Notes: generated from the sequence alone by a model not told the origin. Positions 47,813 through 58,751 are shown, numbered from the stretch's first letter. The stretch is DNA of 64,000 bases from Desulfatiglandales bacterium (GCA_963667015.2 CAXXJJ010000004.1:896001-960000); one strand, 5' to 3'. A program made the numbers and translations.

Positions 47813-49903
47813 ATGAAAATCAGATGGCATTCCATTTTAATGCTTTACCTTGTGTTTTTCTTGCTCACGGTCCTTTCAAGTTGTGGCGACAGCACTGTAT
47901 CCACAGAAAACCAACAGAAAGTGATTTTTGTGAATTCTGAAAATGGGAACGCCGTAAAACCGGCAAAATTCGTCATTGAACCTCCGACCCTCATATGCCT
48001 TGGGTTTGAATGGTATATTGAAGGGGATGACAACCATAATGCTATTGTGAAAGTATCATACAGAAAAAAGGGAGAAAATTCCTGGAAAGAGGCCCTGCCT
48101 CTTTTAAGAATCCAGAATGAAGAATGCATTGATTCTTTTTCAGTCAACTGGATCGATTATGTAACCCCGAACCTGTTTGCCGGAAGCATAATGGATCTTC
48201 AGCCTGATACGGATTATGAGTGCAAATTTATTCTTTCTGATCCGGATGGCGTTCATGGTACGGTCAAAAGTGAATCTTCACTGGATCAAAAAATTGTAAC
48301 TGTGCGCACACGTCCTGAGCCGAAACCGGTTGAAGGCGGCAGGGTTTACCATGTCTATCCCTGGGACTATACCGGACCAAAAGAAGAACCTAATTTTGTA
48401 AACCTTATGCAGGCCTATTATGCGGGTGGCGGGTGTACGGCAGACTGGTGGAATGTTGCCCCACCCCGGGTTCAGCCTGGAGATACCATACTGATTCATG
48501 AGGGAGTATACAAAGAGGACTGGACTTTTTACGGGGCGGACATCTGGAAACATGGGCAGGGCGCTAAATTCTCAGGGACTTATTTCCTGACCCAGAAAGG
48601 AACTCCTGAAAAGCCCATTGTTATAAAGGCTGCAGATGGAGAAAAGGTGGTCTTTGACGGAAACGGTAACTTCAACCTTTTCAATGTCATGGCTGCGGAT
48701 TATCATCACTTTGAAGGGCTGATTATTCGTAATACCGATGTTGCATTCTGGGCCGGTCAAAAAAGGATAACCGGATGTAAGGGCTTAACAGTCAAAAGGT
48801 GCCGGATTGAGAATATCGATAAAGGAATTCATTCCGAGTGGTCGGGCTCGAAGAATTTTTACATTGCTGATAACGAATTTATCGGCAGGCATGACCAGAG
48901 CGAAATACATTCATGGTTTCTAAAGAGCGAAAGGACGCCCGTACTGCTTTTCCCATATGAAAAATGCCTGTCCGAATATGCCGTAAAACTGGCCGGGGAA
49001 GGTCATGTTGTATGTCATAATTACGTTGCACATTTCCATAACGGAATATGTCATGCTACATACGGCGTCCCTGAAGGCTATCCCGCATACGGCCACCCGG
49101 ATTTCTATCCGGTTAAAGAAGTGCTTAAAGAAGACAGAATGTTCAGGGCAAATGACTTCTATAATAATTTTATTCAAAACGTGCACGACAACGCAATCGA
49201 GACAGACGGGACAATGTATAATATTCGTGTTCTGCGCAACTATTGCATAGACGGGGCAGCCCAGGCCCTGAGTTCGCAAACCCTATATGGCGGACCTGCA
49301 TATTTTATACGTAATATTATATACCATGGCTCGAACACGGGCTTTATAAAACATGCAAATCACCCGTCAGGTTCCATTTATTATCACAATACAGCCATTG
49401 CAAACACGAATGCAGGTGCAGGTTCGAATTATCATTTCCGGAATAATCTTATACTTAACTGGATGCCCGGGTTGCCTGTTTTTTCTGTTGACACTTTTTC
49501 AAATTACACATCTTCCGATTATAACGGTTTTCATCCCGACCTGAAAGCAGAGTATTCCTTTAGATGGAACTCTCCTCCATTCGATATACCCAGGGATTAT
49601 AAAAATCCCGTGGAAGAACGCCAATATAAGACACTCGCCGAATACAGCCAGGCCACTGGCCAGGATAAACACAGTATCCTGGTAGATTATGATATCTTTG
49701 AGCGTGTTCATCCGCCTGTTTATCCGGATGAGATTACAAAAATCTTCAGTGCTGACGATATGGATTTTAGAATAAAGCCGAATGCAGCAGCAGTTGATGC
49801 AGCATGTATTCTACCCAATGTGAATGATGACTTTACAGGAGAAGCACCGGATATGGGGGCTTTGGAGACTGGTTTGCCTGTACCTCACTATGGTCCGCGC
49901 TAG
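47813..49903 (+). CDS. Lipoprotein with Fn3-like and right-handed beta-helix (polysaccharide lyase-like) domains
   Basis: Lipobox LSSC; PGDTILIHEGVY, GTPEKPIVIKA, APDMGALE. Confidence 0.75.
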   Translation: MKIRWHSILMLYLVFFLLTVLSSCGDSTVSTENQQKVIFVNSENGNAVKPAKFVIEPPTLICLGFEWYIEGDDNHNAIVKVSYRKKGENSWKEALPLLRIQNEECIDSFSVNWIDYVTPNLFAGSIMDLQPDTDYECKFILSDPDGVHGTVKSESSLDQKIVTVRTRPEPKPVEGGRVYHVYPWDYTGPKEEPNFVNLMQAYYAGGGCTADWWNVAPPRVQPGDTILIHEGVYKEDWTFYGADIWKHGQGAKFSGTYFLTQKGTPEKPIVIKAADGEKVVFDGNGNFNLFNVMAADYHHFEGLIIRNTDVAFWAGQKRITGCKGLTVKRCRIENIDKGIHSEWSGSKNFYIADNEFIGRHDQSEIHSWFLKSERTPVLLFPYEKCLSEYAVKLAGEGHVVCHNYVAHFHNGICHATYGVPEGYPAYGHPDFYPVKEVLKEDRMFRANDFYNNFIQNVHDNAIETDGTMYNIRVLRNYCIDGAAQALSSQTLYGGPAYFIRNIIYHGSNTGFIKHANHPSGSIYYHNTAIANTNAGAGSNYHFRNNLILNWMPGLPVFSVDTFSNYTSSDYNGFHPDLKAEYSFRWNSPPFDIPRDYKNPVEERQYKTLAEYSQATGQDKHSILVDYDIFERVHPPVYPDEITKIFSADDMDFRIKPNAAAVDAACILPNVNDDFTGEAPDMGALETGLPVPHYGPR

Positions 49904-49954
49904 TGAATCAACGGGGTCTGTGAATCAACGGGGTCTCCCTTGACATGTGACATA
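49903..49954. repeat. Family B element, partial copy 3 with exact 17-nt tandem duplication
   Basis: GTGAATCAACGGGGTCT twice (49903-49919, 49920-49936), then CCCTTGACATGTGAC. Confidence 0.65.
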
Positions 49955-50101
49955 TGTGTGAATGCAAACCTTTCTGCCAGTCAATTTTTCAGGAGAAGAA
50001 AATGAAGAAGTCTGAATTAGAAGAAACATTTCGGGAATTGAAAGGGGCTTATTTTATTTCTTCATTTACTCTGATACTGGGTTGTGTCATTTGCATAAAC
50101 C

Positions 50102-51646
50102 TTAACAGACAAGGTTTCTTCCCTCATCTTTGGCTTTATATAATAACTGATCAGCCCTATTAAAAAGTTCATAAAGAGTCTCATCCCCATTAAAGGCAGC
50201 CACTCCAAAACTTGCTGTCACATTGATCTCCTGCTGTTCAAATAAGATGGGCTTGTCTGCAATTGAGCTGCGTATCTTTTCGGCTACACGGATTGCTGAA
50301 TTATAGGGGATTTCAGGTAAAAGAATGACAAACTCTTCGCCTCCATATCTCCCAATGGTGTCGCTTTCACGAATTTGTTTTTTACATATCTGTGCTATTT
50401 CGATTAAAACCCGGTCACCTGCGGAATGTCCCCATGAATCATTGATTTTTTTAAAGTGATCAATATCAAAGAAGAGGACACTCAGGTCACGTTTATATCT
50501 TACGGAGTGTTTTATTTCTTTTTCGCCGATTTCAAGAAGATTTCTCCTGTTTTTTAATCCTGTAAGCGGATCAGTTGTGGCCATTGCATGAAGTTTTGCC
50601 TCAAGCTTTTTCTCTTCAGTTATATCAGCCACTATATAGATTATACCTCCGAGAAACTGCCTTGTCTGCGATATCACATTCTTCCTGATACTGTAGTAAT
50701 GTTTTTCACCATCCTGTTCTTCAACAAATGTCATGTTACTGTTTAGAATCTGATAAAGATTAATTTTACGGCCGTCATCAGTTAAATCAATATCCCTTAT
50801 ATAAATACCGACACGACATTTTTTAAGCTCAGGGAAAATACCCAGTATCGATTTATTATAGTCAACCAGTCTGTCTGTGGAATCAGTTACAATTAAGCCA
50901 TTATCCATATTTTCAAAAATATGTTCCCGTGCAACCGGAACTATGTCAAACAGGGACATATTAAAAAGCGCAATGACTAAAAAAGGGCATGAAAGCCCGA
51001 GGGACAACGGGGTAATATCAATGTGTTCCGGAGCCAGTCCGGTGATATACAGTATATATCCTCCAAAGGGGAAAATTGTAACTGCAATGAGTAATGCAAT
51101 ATTGTTCCGGTATTTTTTATCCTTTTTAAAACGGACAATGCAGTGAACCAGGGCCATAAAAACAAGAAAGAAGGTATACAGATTATTTATGAAATACCAT
51201 ATTCCTTTTTCAAAGTGTAAGATGGAAAGCCCCTCATAAAAGCTAAGCTGAGGATTGATGTAAAAAAGATTATGTCTGTCTGTTGTTAAATGTAAAAAAA
51301 AGGTAAAGACAGGAATTATAAGCAGTATAAATGTGATTTTTAAAGGAATCACATTTGTATGACGCAGATATTTCCAGATAAGAGTATAGAGAAAAAATGG
51401 GATAAAAGGGATGCCTAGATATTGAACATTTGAAAAAAACATGGCGCTTTCGAGATCCGCGGAAGCTACCTCAAAACCATACCCCGCTGAATAAACGCAC
51501 ATCACAAGCATAAGCATGAGAAAAGAGGTTCCTCCGACAGCTTTGCGATGGCGAATTGCCAGGGCTGCAAAAAAAAGGGTAAACCCGGCAATTATGAAAT
51601 GCACGACAGAAAAAGATGAAACTGCATGTAAGTGTAAGTCTGACAT
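50102..51646 (-). CDS. Diguanylate cyclase with HisKA_7TM-like and PAS domains
   Basis: 7 TM segments; TDPLTGL.NRR, DIDHFK.IND.WGH.AGD, RESD I-site, GGEEF. Confidence 0.92.
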   Translation of the reverse strand: MSDLHLHAVSSFSVVHFIIAGFTLFFAALAIRHRKAVGGTSFLMLMLVMCVYSAGYGFEVASADLESAMFFSNVQYLGIPFIPFFLYTLIWKYLRHTNVIPLKITFILLIIPVFTFFLHLTTDRHNLFYINPQLSFYEGLSILHFEKGIWYFINNLYTFFLVFMALVHCIVRFKKDKKYRNNIALLIAVTIFPFGGYILYITGLAPEHIDITPLSLGLSCPFLVIALFNMSLFDIVPVAREHIFENMDNGLIVTDSTDRLVDYNKSILGIFPELKKCRVGIYIRDIDLTDDGRKINLYQILNSNMTFVEEQDGEKHYYSIRKNVISQTRQFLGGIIYIVADITEEKKLEAKLHAMATTDPLTGLKNRRNLLEIGEKEIKHSVRYKRDLSVLFFDIDHFKKINDSWGHSAGDRVLIEIAQICKKQIRESDTIGRYGGEEFVILLPEIPYNSAIRVAEKIRSSIADKPILFEQQEINVTASFGVAAFNGDETLYELFNRADQLLYKAKDEGRNLVC

Positions 51647-51742
51647 CTATATTTATTCTCGAAATCCTTGAAGAAATTACATTGTTTTTAATTAAACAGC
51701 AAAGTCGATTATACAGCGGGGTGTCGCAAACAGGAATATGTA

Positions 51743-52060
51743 CTATTTATCGCCGCTATATGCGATATAGTGTTCCTTCAATTCCTCCAGCAGATCCCTT
51801 TGGCAAGTCGGTAACTGTCCCAAACACATTTCATATACAACGCATTTGCGGCAATCGCCGAAATTGGGACATTTGGTATTCCAGCATTCACATTCGAACT
51901 TGTCCGCTTCACGCCCGCTTGCCAGTGCCATGCGCATTTCTTCACGGGTGACTTTCGGAGGATTTTCTAACCATTTGTTTTTGTTTTGCTGTTCCAGTAT
52001 GTTTTTTTCTTCCTTCCTTTCTATGTAATATTGGAAATTTGCTTCCATATTTATCTGCAT
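51743..52060 (-). CDS. Small Cys-rich hypothetical protein
   Basis: C.C....C...GDC.KCV.......LP.C. Confidence 0.6.
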   Translation of the reverse strand: MQINMEANFQYYIERKEEKNILEQQNKNKWLENPPKVTREEMRMALASGREADKFECECWNTKCPNFGDCRKCVVYEMCLGQLPTCQRDLLEELKEHYIAYSGDK

Positions 52061-52364
52061 AGTATTATTTAAGCCATATTATTACTCTCTCTCAGTTTTC
52101 TAGTCAATAGGTCCGGGCTTCACCGTCGTGAATCGCGGTAGGGCCATGGTAACCCCTTATTATATAAGATTTGGATCTTCATCCTGTTAAATACTGCTTT
52201 GCAGTCAGCTACGCTAATTTAACTGGACAAGTCTTACCTGCGGTATATAACAGGGCAGGCTACTTTATATAAAAATATAAAAGTCATAAGATAGGAATTA
52301 CGTTTTAAATCTTGGATATAGCATATTTTCATTAAAATATACTTGATGGAGAACGGAGAATACA

Positions 52365-52817
52365 GTGAAAGTAAAAAGTTTTATCAAAAATTTTATTATC
52401 TTTTTTTGTTTGTCCTTTGTCTTCATAACTGCCATCACTTATTTATACAGTTTTATAGACCCTGGCGCCCGGTTGGTGATTCGGTGCTGGAAAGAAGGGA
52501 ACAAAATCTGGGACAAGGTTTTCCTTGGTATTTTCACGATCTCACTTCTCCTGTTTCCGGCTGTTGCAGGCCTTGATGTGGGGAGGTTCAAGTGGTCCCA
52601 GCTCGGATTCCCATGGGTGATCCCGGGAATTGTGCTGGCCCTGGTAAAATTTATCCTGTGGCACTGGGCAATAGTAAAGAACAAACACCTGGAGGCAACG
52701 GTTAGTATCCAGACAGACAGGGACCACAAAGTTGTAACGGACGGCCCCCTATCGTTTTGTCAGACATCCGGGTTATGTGGGTATTATTCTCGAATCTCTC
52801 TCCGGTTCTTTCATTAA
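52365..52817 (+). pseudogene. Isoprenylcysteine carboxylmethyltransferase/PEMT-like gene, frameshifted and truncated
   Basis: VAGLDVGRF.WS...IQTDRDHKVVTDGP; the conserved YRFVRHPGY continues in another frame after a C5 run near 52745-52749. Confidence 0.75.
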
Positions 52818-52977
52818 AGCAGGATAATAGACTGTAGACTATAGGCTGCCAGGGAAAACATAAAAGTCAAAATATGAATTTCACTGGCTAAAGATTTAAA
52901 ATGAAAAAGACACAGGGGCAGGTTGGATTATTAACCCATCCTGCATACTTAACCTTATAAATGAGAGGATATTTAAG

Positions 52978-53496
52978 ATGATAAAGACAATTTTTGGATT
53001 GACGGCTGTTCTTATAGCTGCCATTGCTATCGGCTGTAGCGACAGCACGCCGGACACAGAAAATCAAAAGGGAAATATTATAGGCCCCTGCGAGCTGATC
53101 TCCAAAACAGATGTGGAACAGCTTATCGGCGAGCCCATGAAAGATCCTCAAAAAAGAGATAACAAAACAGTAGGACAGAATTTTTGTATCTACGAATCCG
53201 CAAAGGAAGACTCATTCAGGTTCTTTCAAATAAGCATTACTCAGGAGGCTTTTATGCCGCCCGACAGGCCAAGCCCTAAAGCTATTTACGAATCGTTAAA
53301 GGGCAACTTCCCGGATGCTGTCAAGGTTGAAGGCAGCGGTGATGATGCCTTCATTGCGCCGCCGGGATTGCATGTAATCAAAAACAACTACTACATTACG
53401 ATTGGCGTTGGAAACTCCGGCGACCCGAAAAACCGTGAAATCTTAAAGGCGTCCGGCGAAAAAGCTGTCGAGAATCTTTTAAAACTTATAAAATAG
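52978..53496 (+). CDS. Lipoprotein (DUF3558-like)
   Basis: Lipobox AIGC; PCELISK.DV..LIG, C.Y, V.G.GDDAF. Confidence 0.7.
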   Translation: MIKTIFGLTAVLIAAIAIGCSDSTPDTENQKGNIIGPCELISKTDVEQLIGEPMKDPQKRDNKTVGQNFCIYESAKEDSFRFFQISITQEAFMPPDRPSPKAIYESLKGNFPDAVKVEGSGDDAFIAPPGLHVIKNNYYITIGVGNSGDPKNREILKASGEKAVENLLKLIK

Positions 53497-53539
53497 ATTC
53501 ATCCATTGTTAAAAAAAAGGGACATTTGTCATGCCTGCA

Positions 53540-53770
53540 ATGCAACAATTTGACCGAATAACTATTGATCCGAATATTATGAACGGAAAAGCATGTATCA
53601 GAGGTATGCGCATCCAGGTTTCCCTCCTTTAAAATTTAGTTGCCAATAGAATGACGGAAAAAGAAATCCTGGAAGCATATCCTTACCTGGAACCTGAGGA
53701 TATTTCACAATCCCTTCAATACGCGGCATGGCTGGCGGAAGATCGTATCGAATTATTGGCTGAGGGATAG
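53540..53770 (+). pseudogene. DUF433 antitoxin-like gene with premature stop, followed by a stub resembling a PIN (DUF5615-like) toxin start
   Basis: RITIDPNIMNGKACIRGMRI.VSLL*NLVAN.MT..EILEAYPYLEPEDI...L.YAA; TAA at 53630-53632; GTG-NFFLD at 53775. Confidence 0.8.
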
Positions 53771-53937
53771 CTAAGTGAATTTTTTCCTTGATTTTGATAA
53801 ATTGGATTATACTATCAATTTGCGTCAAAATATTTCGTTGTCATTATTTACCTTTAAAATAACTGCTTTTAAGGGCGAAAAATCCCCTCCCCTGCAAATT
53901 TCCTGATCTACATAACTGCACTCCCCAGGATCATTAA

Positions 53938-53962
53938 GGGCACGGCGCGCCGTGCCCCTACA
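53938..53962. repeat. REP-like palindrome
   Basis: GGGCACGGCGCGCCGTGCCC-CTACA. Confidence 0.65.
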
Positions 53963-54882
53963 ACATATAATGAAAACAAGGTGGCAGCCCTTGGCATGTG
54001 ACACAACAATTACAGGGACGCCCTGCAATTTGACTTTTGACCTGCTTTCTTTTCTTGACTTAGATCAATGCACTTGCATCTCCGCTGCAGTTGCCATACT
54101 CTTGATACACATAGGTGTTTTGACCGCATCTTACAAGAAATCGGAACGCCTCTACATCAACTTAATGAACGCAAAGGTCTCCTGGTTGAAGGTCGATGCT
54201 GACGCGCAATCTGAGCATAAGATGATGTTCCTCGGCTTGAATCGGATTCAAATGAATAAAAAAATGACATTCCTCGACTTGTATCGGATTCATCGGAGTT
54301 ACCCCATTGTGAGCGGCTTGCTGGCTGCGATCCTCGTTTCGTGTTTCGGCGTGATGGTCTACAATGCAGGAACTAAAAAAAACGAAAATACTCCCCCAAA
54401 TAATTTGACGTGCGCGTTAGCCTTCTTTGAAATAAAAACAGGAAAGAGGAAAATCCTTACATTCAGGCGGGAGAGGCTGATCAGCAGGTTTAGTGAGGCC
54501 ATTGATCAGTTGAATGTATATTTGAAGAAAAGCACTAATGCCTAACGAATAAAAAAATATTTTGCACAGCCACAATCTTGTCGTTAAATAGGGGTTATGC
54601 TAGGCGTCTTTGCTGGGTTGCCCTTCGATGGACATCTCGGCTACGATCTCGAAGTCGAATGACTCATGTCCTTAAGTGAAATCGAAAGGCTTTGCTTAAC
54701 CTGTGGACACCCTTACCCCTGTTTTTTTATTCAATAATCTACCTTATCTGACCGATAGTATTATTTATATTCTAAATCTAATGGAATGGTTTCGCTCTAT
54801 TTACCTGATATCAGTTTCACCTGAAAAAACACAATGCCTCAGAAAGGCAATCGCTAAGATATTGCTCAGGAGAATGTACTGC

Positions 54883-55857
54883 ATGAAAATAATATTAAAA
54901 AGCTTTGTATTGATAATGTTTGGGCTGTTATTATACGGATGCACTGAGAAAAAAGAAGCAAAAATTTACCGCGTAGGTGTACTCCCTGCAGATGATTATT
55001 TTTTTCCAACAGTAGATGCATTTAAGGAAAAAATGACTGAGCTCGGTTATACCGAGGGGAAAAATATTGTATATGACATACAGAAAACCAATTACAAATC
55101 AAAAATAGAAAAAGCCATTCTTGATAAATGGGTATCAGAAAAAGTCGACCTGATTTTTGTCACACCAACCGAGGTCGCCAAAGCCGCCAAGGAATCCACA
55201 AAAAATTCCGGAATTCCGGTCCTTTTTGCAAATGTCTTTATTGAAGGATTCGACATAGTTGATGATATGATACATCCCGGTGGTAATTTAACAGGCGTGT
55301 GCTATTTCCATCCGGACATTACAGTTAAAAGCCTTGAGACCCTGCTCGAAATAGCCCCGGAAGCAAAGCGTATTTGGATTCCATACCTGGAGGGATATCC
55401 TTCAGTACCCTGTCAGCTGGAAAAACTGTGCAAGGCAGCAGATACCTATGGAGTGAAAATACTGGAATTTCCAGCCAGAAATATTACTGCCATACAATCC
55501 GAGCTGGACAGAAGATCAAAAAACGATGATCCCGGTATAGATGCAGTAATGCATGTGACAGACCCCATTGCTTCCTGGTCAGAAGTTAACGATGCAATAG
55601 GGAAATTCGTTGTTAAATACCGGCTCCCTTTTTTTGGTATAAGACAAAAATGTGTTATTACCTTTACTATAGACCAGGCTGAAGTTGGCAGACTGGCTGC
55701 ACCAATAGCTGATAAAATCTTTAAAGGTACCCATGCAGGCAGTATTCCGGTTGTATCGGCAGATCCTGTACTCACCATAAATTATAAACTGGCACAGGAA
55801 CTCGGGTTGACAATACCCGAGAGCCTGCTTGCAAGGGCAGATAAAATAATACGTTAA
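54883..55857 (+). CDS. ABC-type substrate-binding lipoprotein (ABC_sub_bind type)
   Basis: Lipobox LYGC; LGYTEGKN, PGGNLTGV, ADKIFKG...G.IPV, IN.K.A..LGLTIP.SLLARADKII. Confidence 0.85.
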   Translation: MKIILKSFVLIMFGLLLYGCTEKKEAKIYRVGVLPADDYFFPTVDAFKEKMTELGYTEGKNIVYDIQKTNYKSKIEKAILDKWVSEKVDLIFVTPTEVAKAAKESTKNSGIPVLFANVFIEGFDIVDDMIHPGGNLTGVCYFHPDITVKSLETLLEIAPEAKRIWIPYLEGYPSVPCQLEKLCKAADTYGVKILEFPARNITAIQSELDRRSKNDDPGIDAVMHVTDPIASWSEVNDAIGKFVVKYRLPFFGIRQKCVITFTIDQAEVGRLAAPIADKIFKGTHAGSIPVVSADPVLTINYKLAQELGLTIPESLLARADKIIR

Positions 55858-58535
55858 TTCGACAGCGCATCTCTGATAACACGGCCGATTCTATCCAGGT
55901 TGTATGGTTTCTGAATATATGCGCTGGCTCCGAGCTTAAGAGTTTCTTTAACATGCTCTGTTTCCGAGAATCCGCTTGCTATAATCGCCTTCTGGTTTGG
56001 GTGAATCTCAAGAATTCTTTTATATGTTTCAAGCCCGTTTATTCCCGGATCCATAATCATATCCAGTACAATAAGATCAGCCGAGTTGTTTTTCATGTAA
56101 CTGACGGCCTCTTCCCCGCTTGATACTGATGTGATCCTGTAATCCAGTTTATCAAGTATCCGGGTAAGCAGAATTCTTTGTTCTTCCACATCATCAACAA
56201 TCAATACTGATTCACCATTTCCCATATAATTACCAGGGGTTTCGGGAGATTTTTTTTCTATCACATCTCCTTTTGTCAGCGGGAAATAAAGTATAAATTT
56301 GCTCCCCTTCCCTTCCTGGCTTATAACATCAATAAATCCGGCATGGTCCTTTACTGTCCCCCACACTACTGTCATTCCAAGACCGGTACCGCTTCTGCCC
56401 ATTTTCTTTTTAGTATAAAAGGGCTCAAATATTTTTTTCAAATCGATATTTGAAATACCTTCACCGGTATCTGATACAGTAAGGGTAATATAGTCGCCTT
56501 CATCGATATTTTCATATCCTGAAACCGGTCTCTCTATATTTTTATTTTCCGTTGTTATTCTGATATTGCCGCCTTCAGGCATTGCTTCTGCCGCATTGGA
56601 TATCAGGTTCATGAGAACCTTTGACAGCTTTGCCCCTGAACCAAGTATATTGACCCGGTCAGCCCTGAGATCCACTTTTATATCAGTGCCGGGATGGAAT
56701 GTAAGGATGCTTTCATATTCCGGACTTTTCATAAATTCATCTATAATATCATGAAGATTTACGACTTCATTTATTGCAATTTCCCTCCTTGCCATTGTAA
56801 GCAGCTCCTTTACAATAGCAGCAGCCCTCTCCCCTGTTTTTTTAATCATCAACAGGGGATCTCTCATGGGATTATCTTCAGCCATATCCAACAGCAGCAG
56901 TTCAGGATAACCCACAATACCGCCCAGGATATTGTTAAGGTCATGTGCCACTCCTGCTGAAAGAGTCCCGATTACTTCCATCTTTTGAGCCCTTAAAAGT
57001 TTAGCCTGCAGACGTTTGGATTCGGAAATATCAATAAAAGTAATAATCTGTCCCCTGGAAAGATCCGATGCGTCAAGCGGACAGGCCCCCATAATACAGT
57101 CAATAAATACATCGTCCTTCCGGATACATCGAACTTCTACATTAGCAGGTCTTGAAACACCGGTATCGGAAAAAAGTCTTTCTGTGACACGTCTGAAATC
57201 ATCATCGCCTGAAAACAGAACTGAAATACTTTTTCCCAGGATGTCATTCTCTTCATAGCCGAACATGGAAAAAAATGATTCATTGGCCCATTCCAGCTTG
57301 TCACCCTGGACCAGGCCAATCCCTATGGGAGAAGCCATAAGAATAGCCTTCATCTTCTGTTCACTATCAAGAAGAACCTGCTCAACGTGTTTACGTTCTT
57401 CTATCTCACTTAGAAGGGTATCCCTCGAAACGGTAGTATTTTTAAGATCTTCCACCATTCTGTTAAAACTTACCGCAAGCTCGGCTATTTCATTTTTAGA
57501 ATCTATATCAATCTTCAGAGACAGTTCTCCTTTGCCGATTTTTTCGGTTGCATCCCTTAATTCTATAACAGGGTTTATCAGTTTTCTTGAAAGGTACACT
57601 CCCGAAATAATTGCAAGGACAATACTGAAGAACATTGCCAGGCCGGAAAGTAAAAGGGTCATAAAAATAGGCCTGTATGCCACCATTATCGGCTGTTCGA
57701 CTATTACTGACCATTTGAGTGTCTTGAGGCTGATATTTGTTGTTATAACATATGTATTATTTATACCCTTTGATATTTCTTTAATTTTTTTATTGGAGCT
57801 TTTCCCTTTCTCTATAAAATGCTTCACCGTGGTTATATGGTCCGGTTTTTCTCTTTTTAATACACGGCTTATATCTTTGTAGGCAATCAGGTACCCATGT
57901 TCTTCAACTACATAAACATCTCCGCCCATACCTATTTTGAACTGATATACCAAATCCCAAAGGACTTTAAGATTTAATTCCGCTATAAGAGAGCCTTTGT
58001 AATCATTAAAGATATCTGTAACAGGGACCGCAATTACCATCATAGGCATCCTGGTAATTTCATCTATATAAACAGGTCCTCTATATATTTCTTTCCGGGC
58101 GGTACTGCTGAAAAGTTCAGTATCATCATATTTCATTAACTCAGGCGACAATGATTTTGAGAAATGGGAAACCCTTGCTGCTTCCGACTGTTCGGAATCA
58201 AAAAGGGCCAATTGGCGAAACGCCGGTTCAAGACCCAGCAGTCTCTCCATTAACAATTTCTGTTCCTCTTTATGGAAAGAAAGCAGATCTCTATGTTTGG
58301 AGGTTAATTCAAGGAGACTGCATTTTTCGCTGATAAAATTTTCAACAGTATTAGCAGTATTTTTTGCTATCAATCTCTGATTTTTTATAAGAAGGTCTTT
58401 TTGAGTCTTATAGCTGAAATACATCTGAAGGCTGCTTGCAATAAGCAATGCTATCATGGTCAGAACAGAAAAACTGATAGTCAATGTCGCTGCCAGGCTT
58501 CTAAAGTAGGGTCTTTTTCCGATTTTTAATATCAC
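55854..58535 (-). CDS. Hybrid sensor histidine kinase (Cache-HAMP-PAS-HisKA-HATPase-REC)
   Basis: AGVAHDLNNIL, MNLISNA.EAM, DTGEG, FEPFYTKK, GTGLG, LIVDD, LDMIM, QKP. Confidence 0.93.
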   Translation of the reverse strand: MILKIGKRPYFRSLAATLTISFSVLTMIALLIASSLQMYFSYKTQKDLLIKNQRLIAKNTANTVENFISEKCSLLELTSKHRDLLSFHKEEQKLLMERLLGLEPAFRQLALFDSEQSEAARVSHFSKSLSPELMKYDDTELFSSTARKEIYRGPVYIDEITRMPMMVIAVPVTDIFNDYKGSLIAELNLKVLWDLVYQFKIGMGGDVYVVEEHGYLIAYKDISRVLKREKPDHITTVKHFIEKGKSSNKKIKEISKGINNTYVITTNISLKTLKWSVIVEQPIMVAYRPIFMTLLLSGLAMFFSIVLAIISGVYLSRKLINPVIELRDATEKIGKGELSLKIDIDSKNEIAELAVSFNRMVEDLKNTTVSRDTLLSEIEERKHVEQVLLDSEQKMKAILMASPIGIGLVQGDKLEWANESFFSMFGYEENDILGKSISVLFSGDDDFRRVTERLFSDTGVSRPANVEVRCIRKDDVFIDCIMGACPLDASDLSRGQIITFIDISESKRLQAKLLRAQKMEVIGTLSAGVAHDLNNILGGIVGYPELLLLDMAEDNPMRDPLLMIKKTGERAAAIVKELLTMARREIAINEVVNLHDIIDEFMKSPEYESILTFHPGTDIKVDLRADRVNILGSGAKLSKVLMNLISNAAEAMPEGGNIRITTENKNIERPVSGYENIDEGDYITLTVSDTGEGISNIDLKKIFEPFYTKKKMGRSGTGLGMTVVWGTVKDHAGFIDVISQEGKGSKFILYFPLTKGDVIEKKSPETPGNYMGNGESVLIVDDVEEQRILLTRILDKLDYRITSVSSGEEAVSYMKNNSADLIVLDMIMDPGINGLETYKRILEIHPNQKAIIASGFSETEHVKETLKLGASAYIQKPYNLDRIGRVIRDALSN

Positions 58536-58751
58536 TTGAACGCTCCCCTGATCAGCATGTCAACACAATAGTAAAATATAATACTACTCATCCATGAGAT
58601 TTAATTTAAATCCGAAACCAGTTATCACTCTTTCTATCGGGTGTCTGTAATCCGGATTATGTCAATTTGTGAAGGAATTTTATATTTTATAATTTATCGG
58701 TCAAAGCACACTTAATATTAAATTATTCTACTAATTACTGCTTTTATAAAC

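Noticed and set aside
53952..54545. 197-aa ORF as one real gene
   Set aside because: Its 5' part runs through repeat elements; at most the last ~95 codons could be a small membrane protein, and support is insufficient.
54540..54600. GCCTAAC...GTTATGC pair resembling an attC site
   Set aside because: The inner arms do not pair convincingly and it is a single isolated instance.
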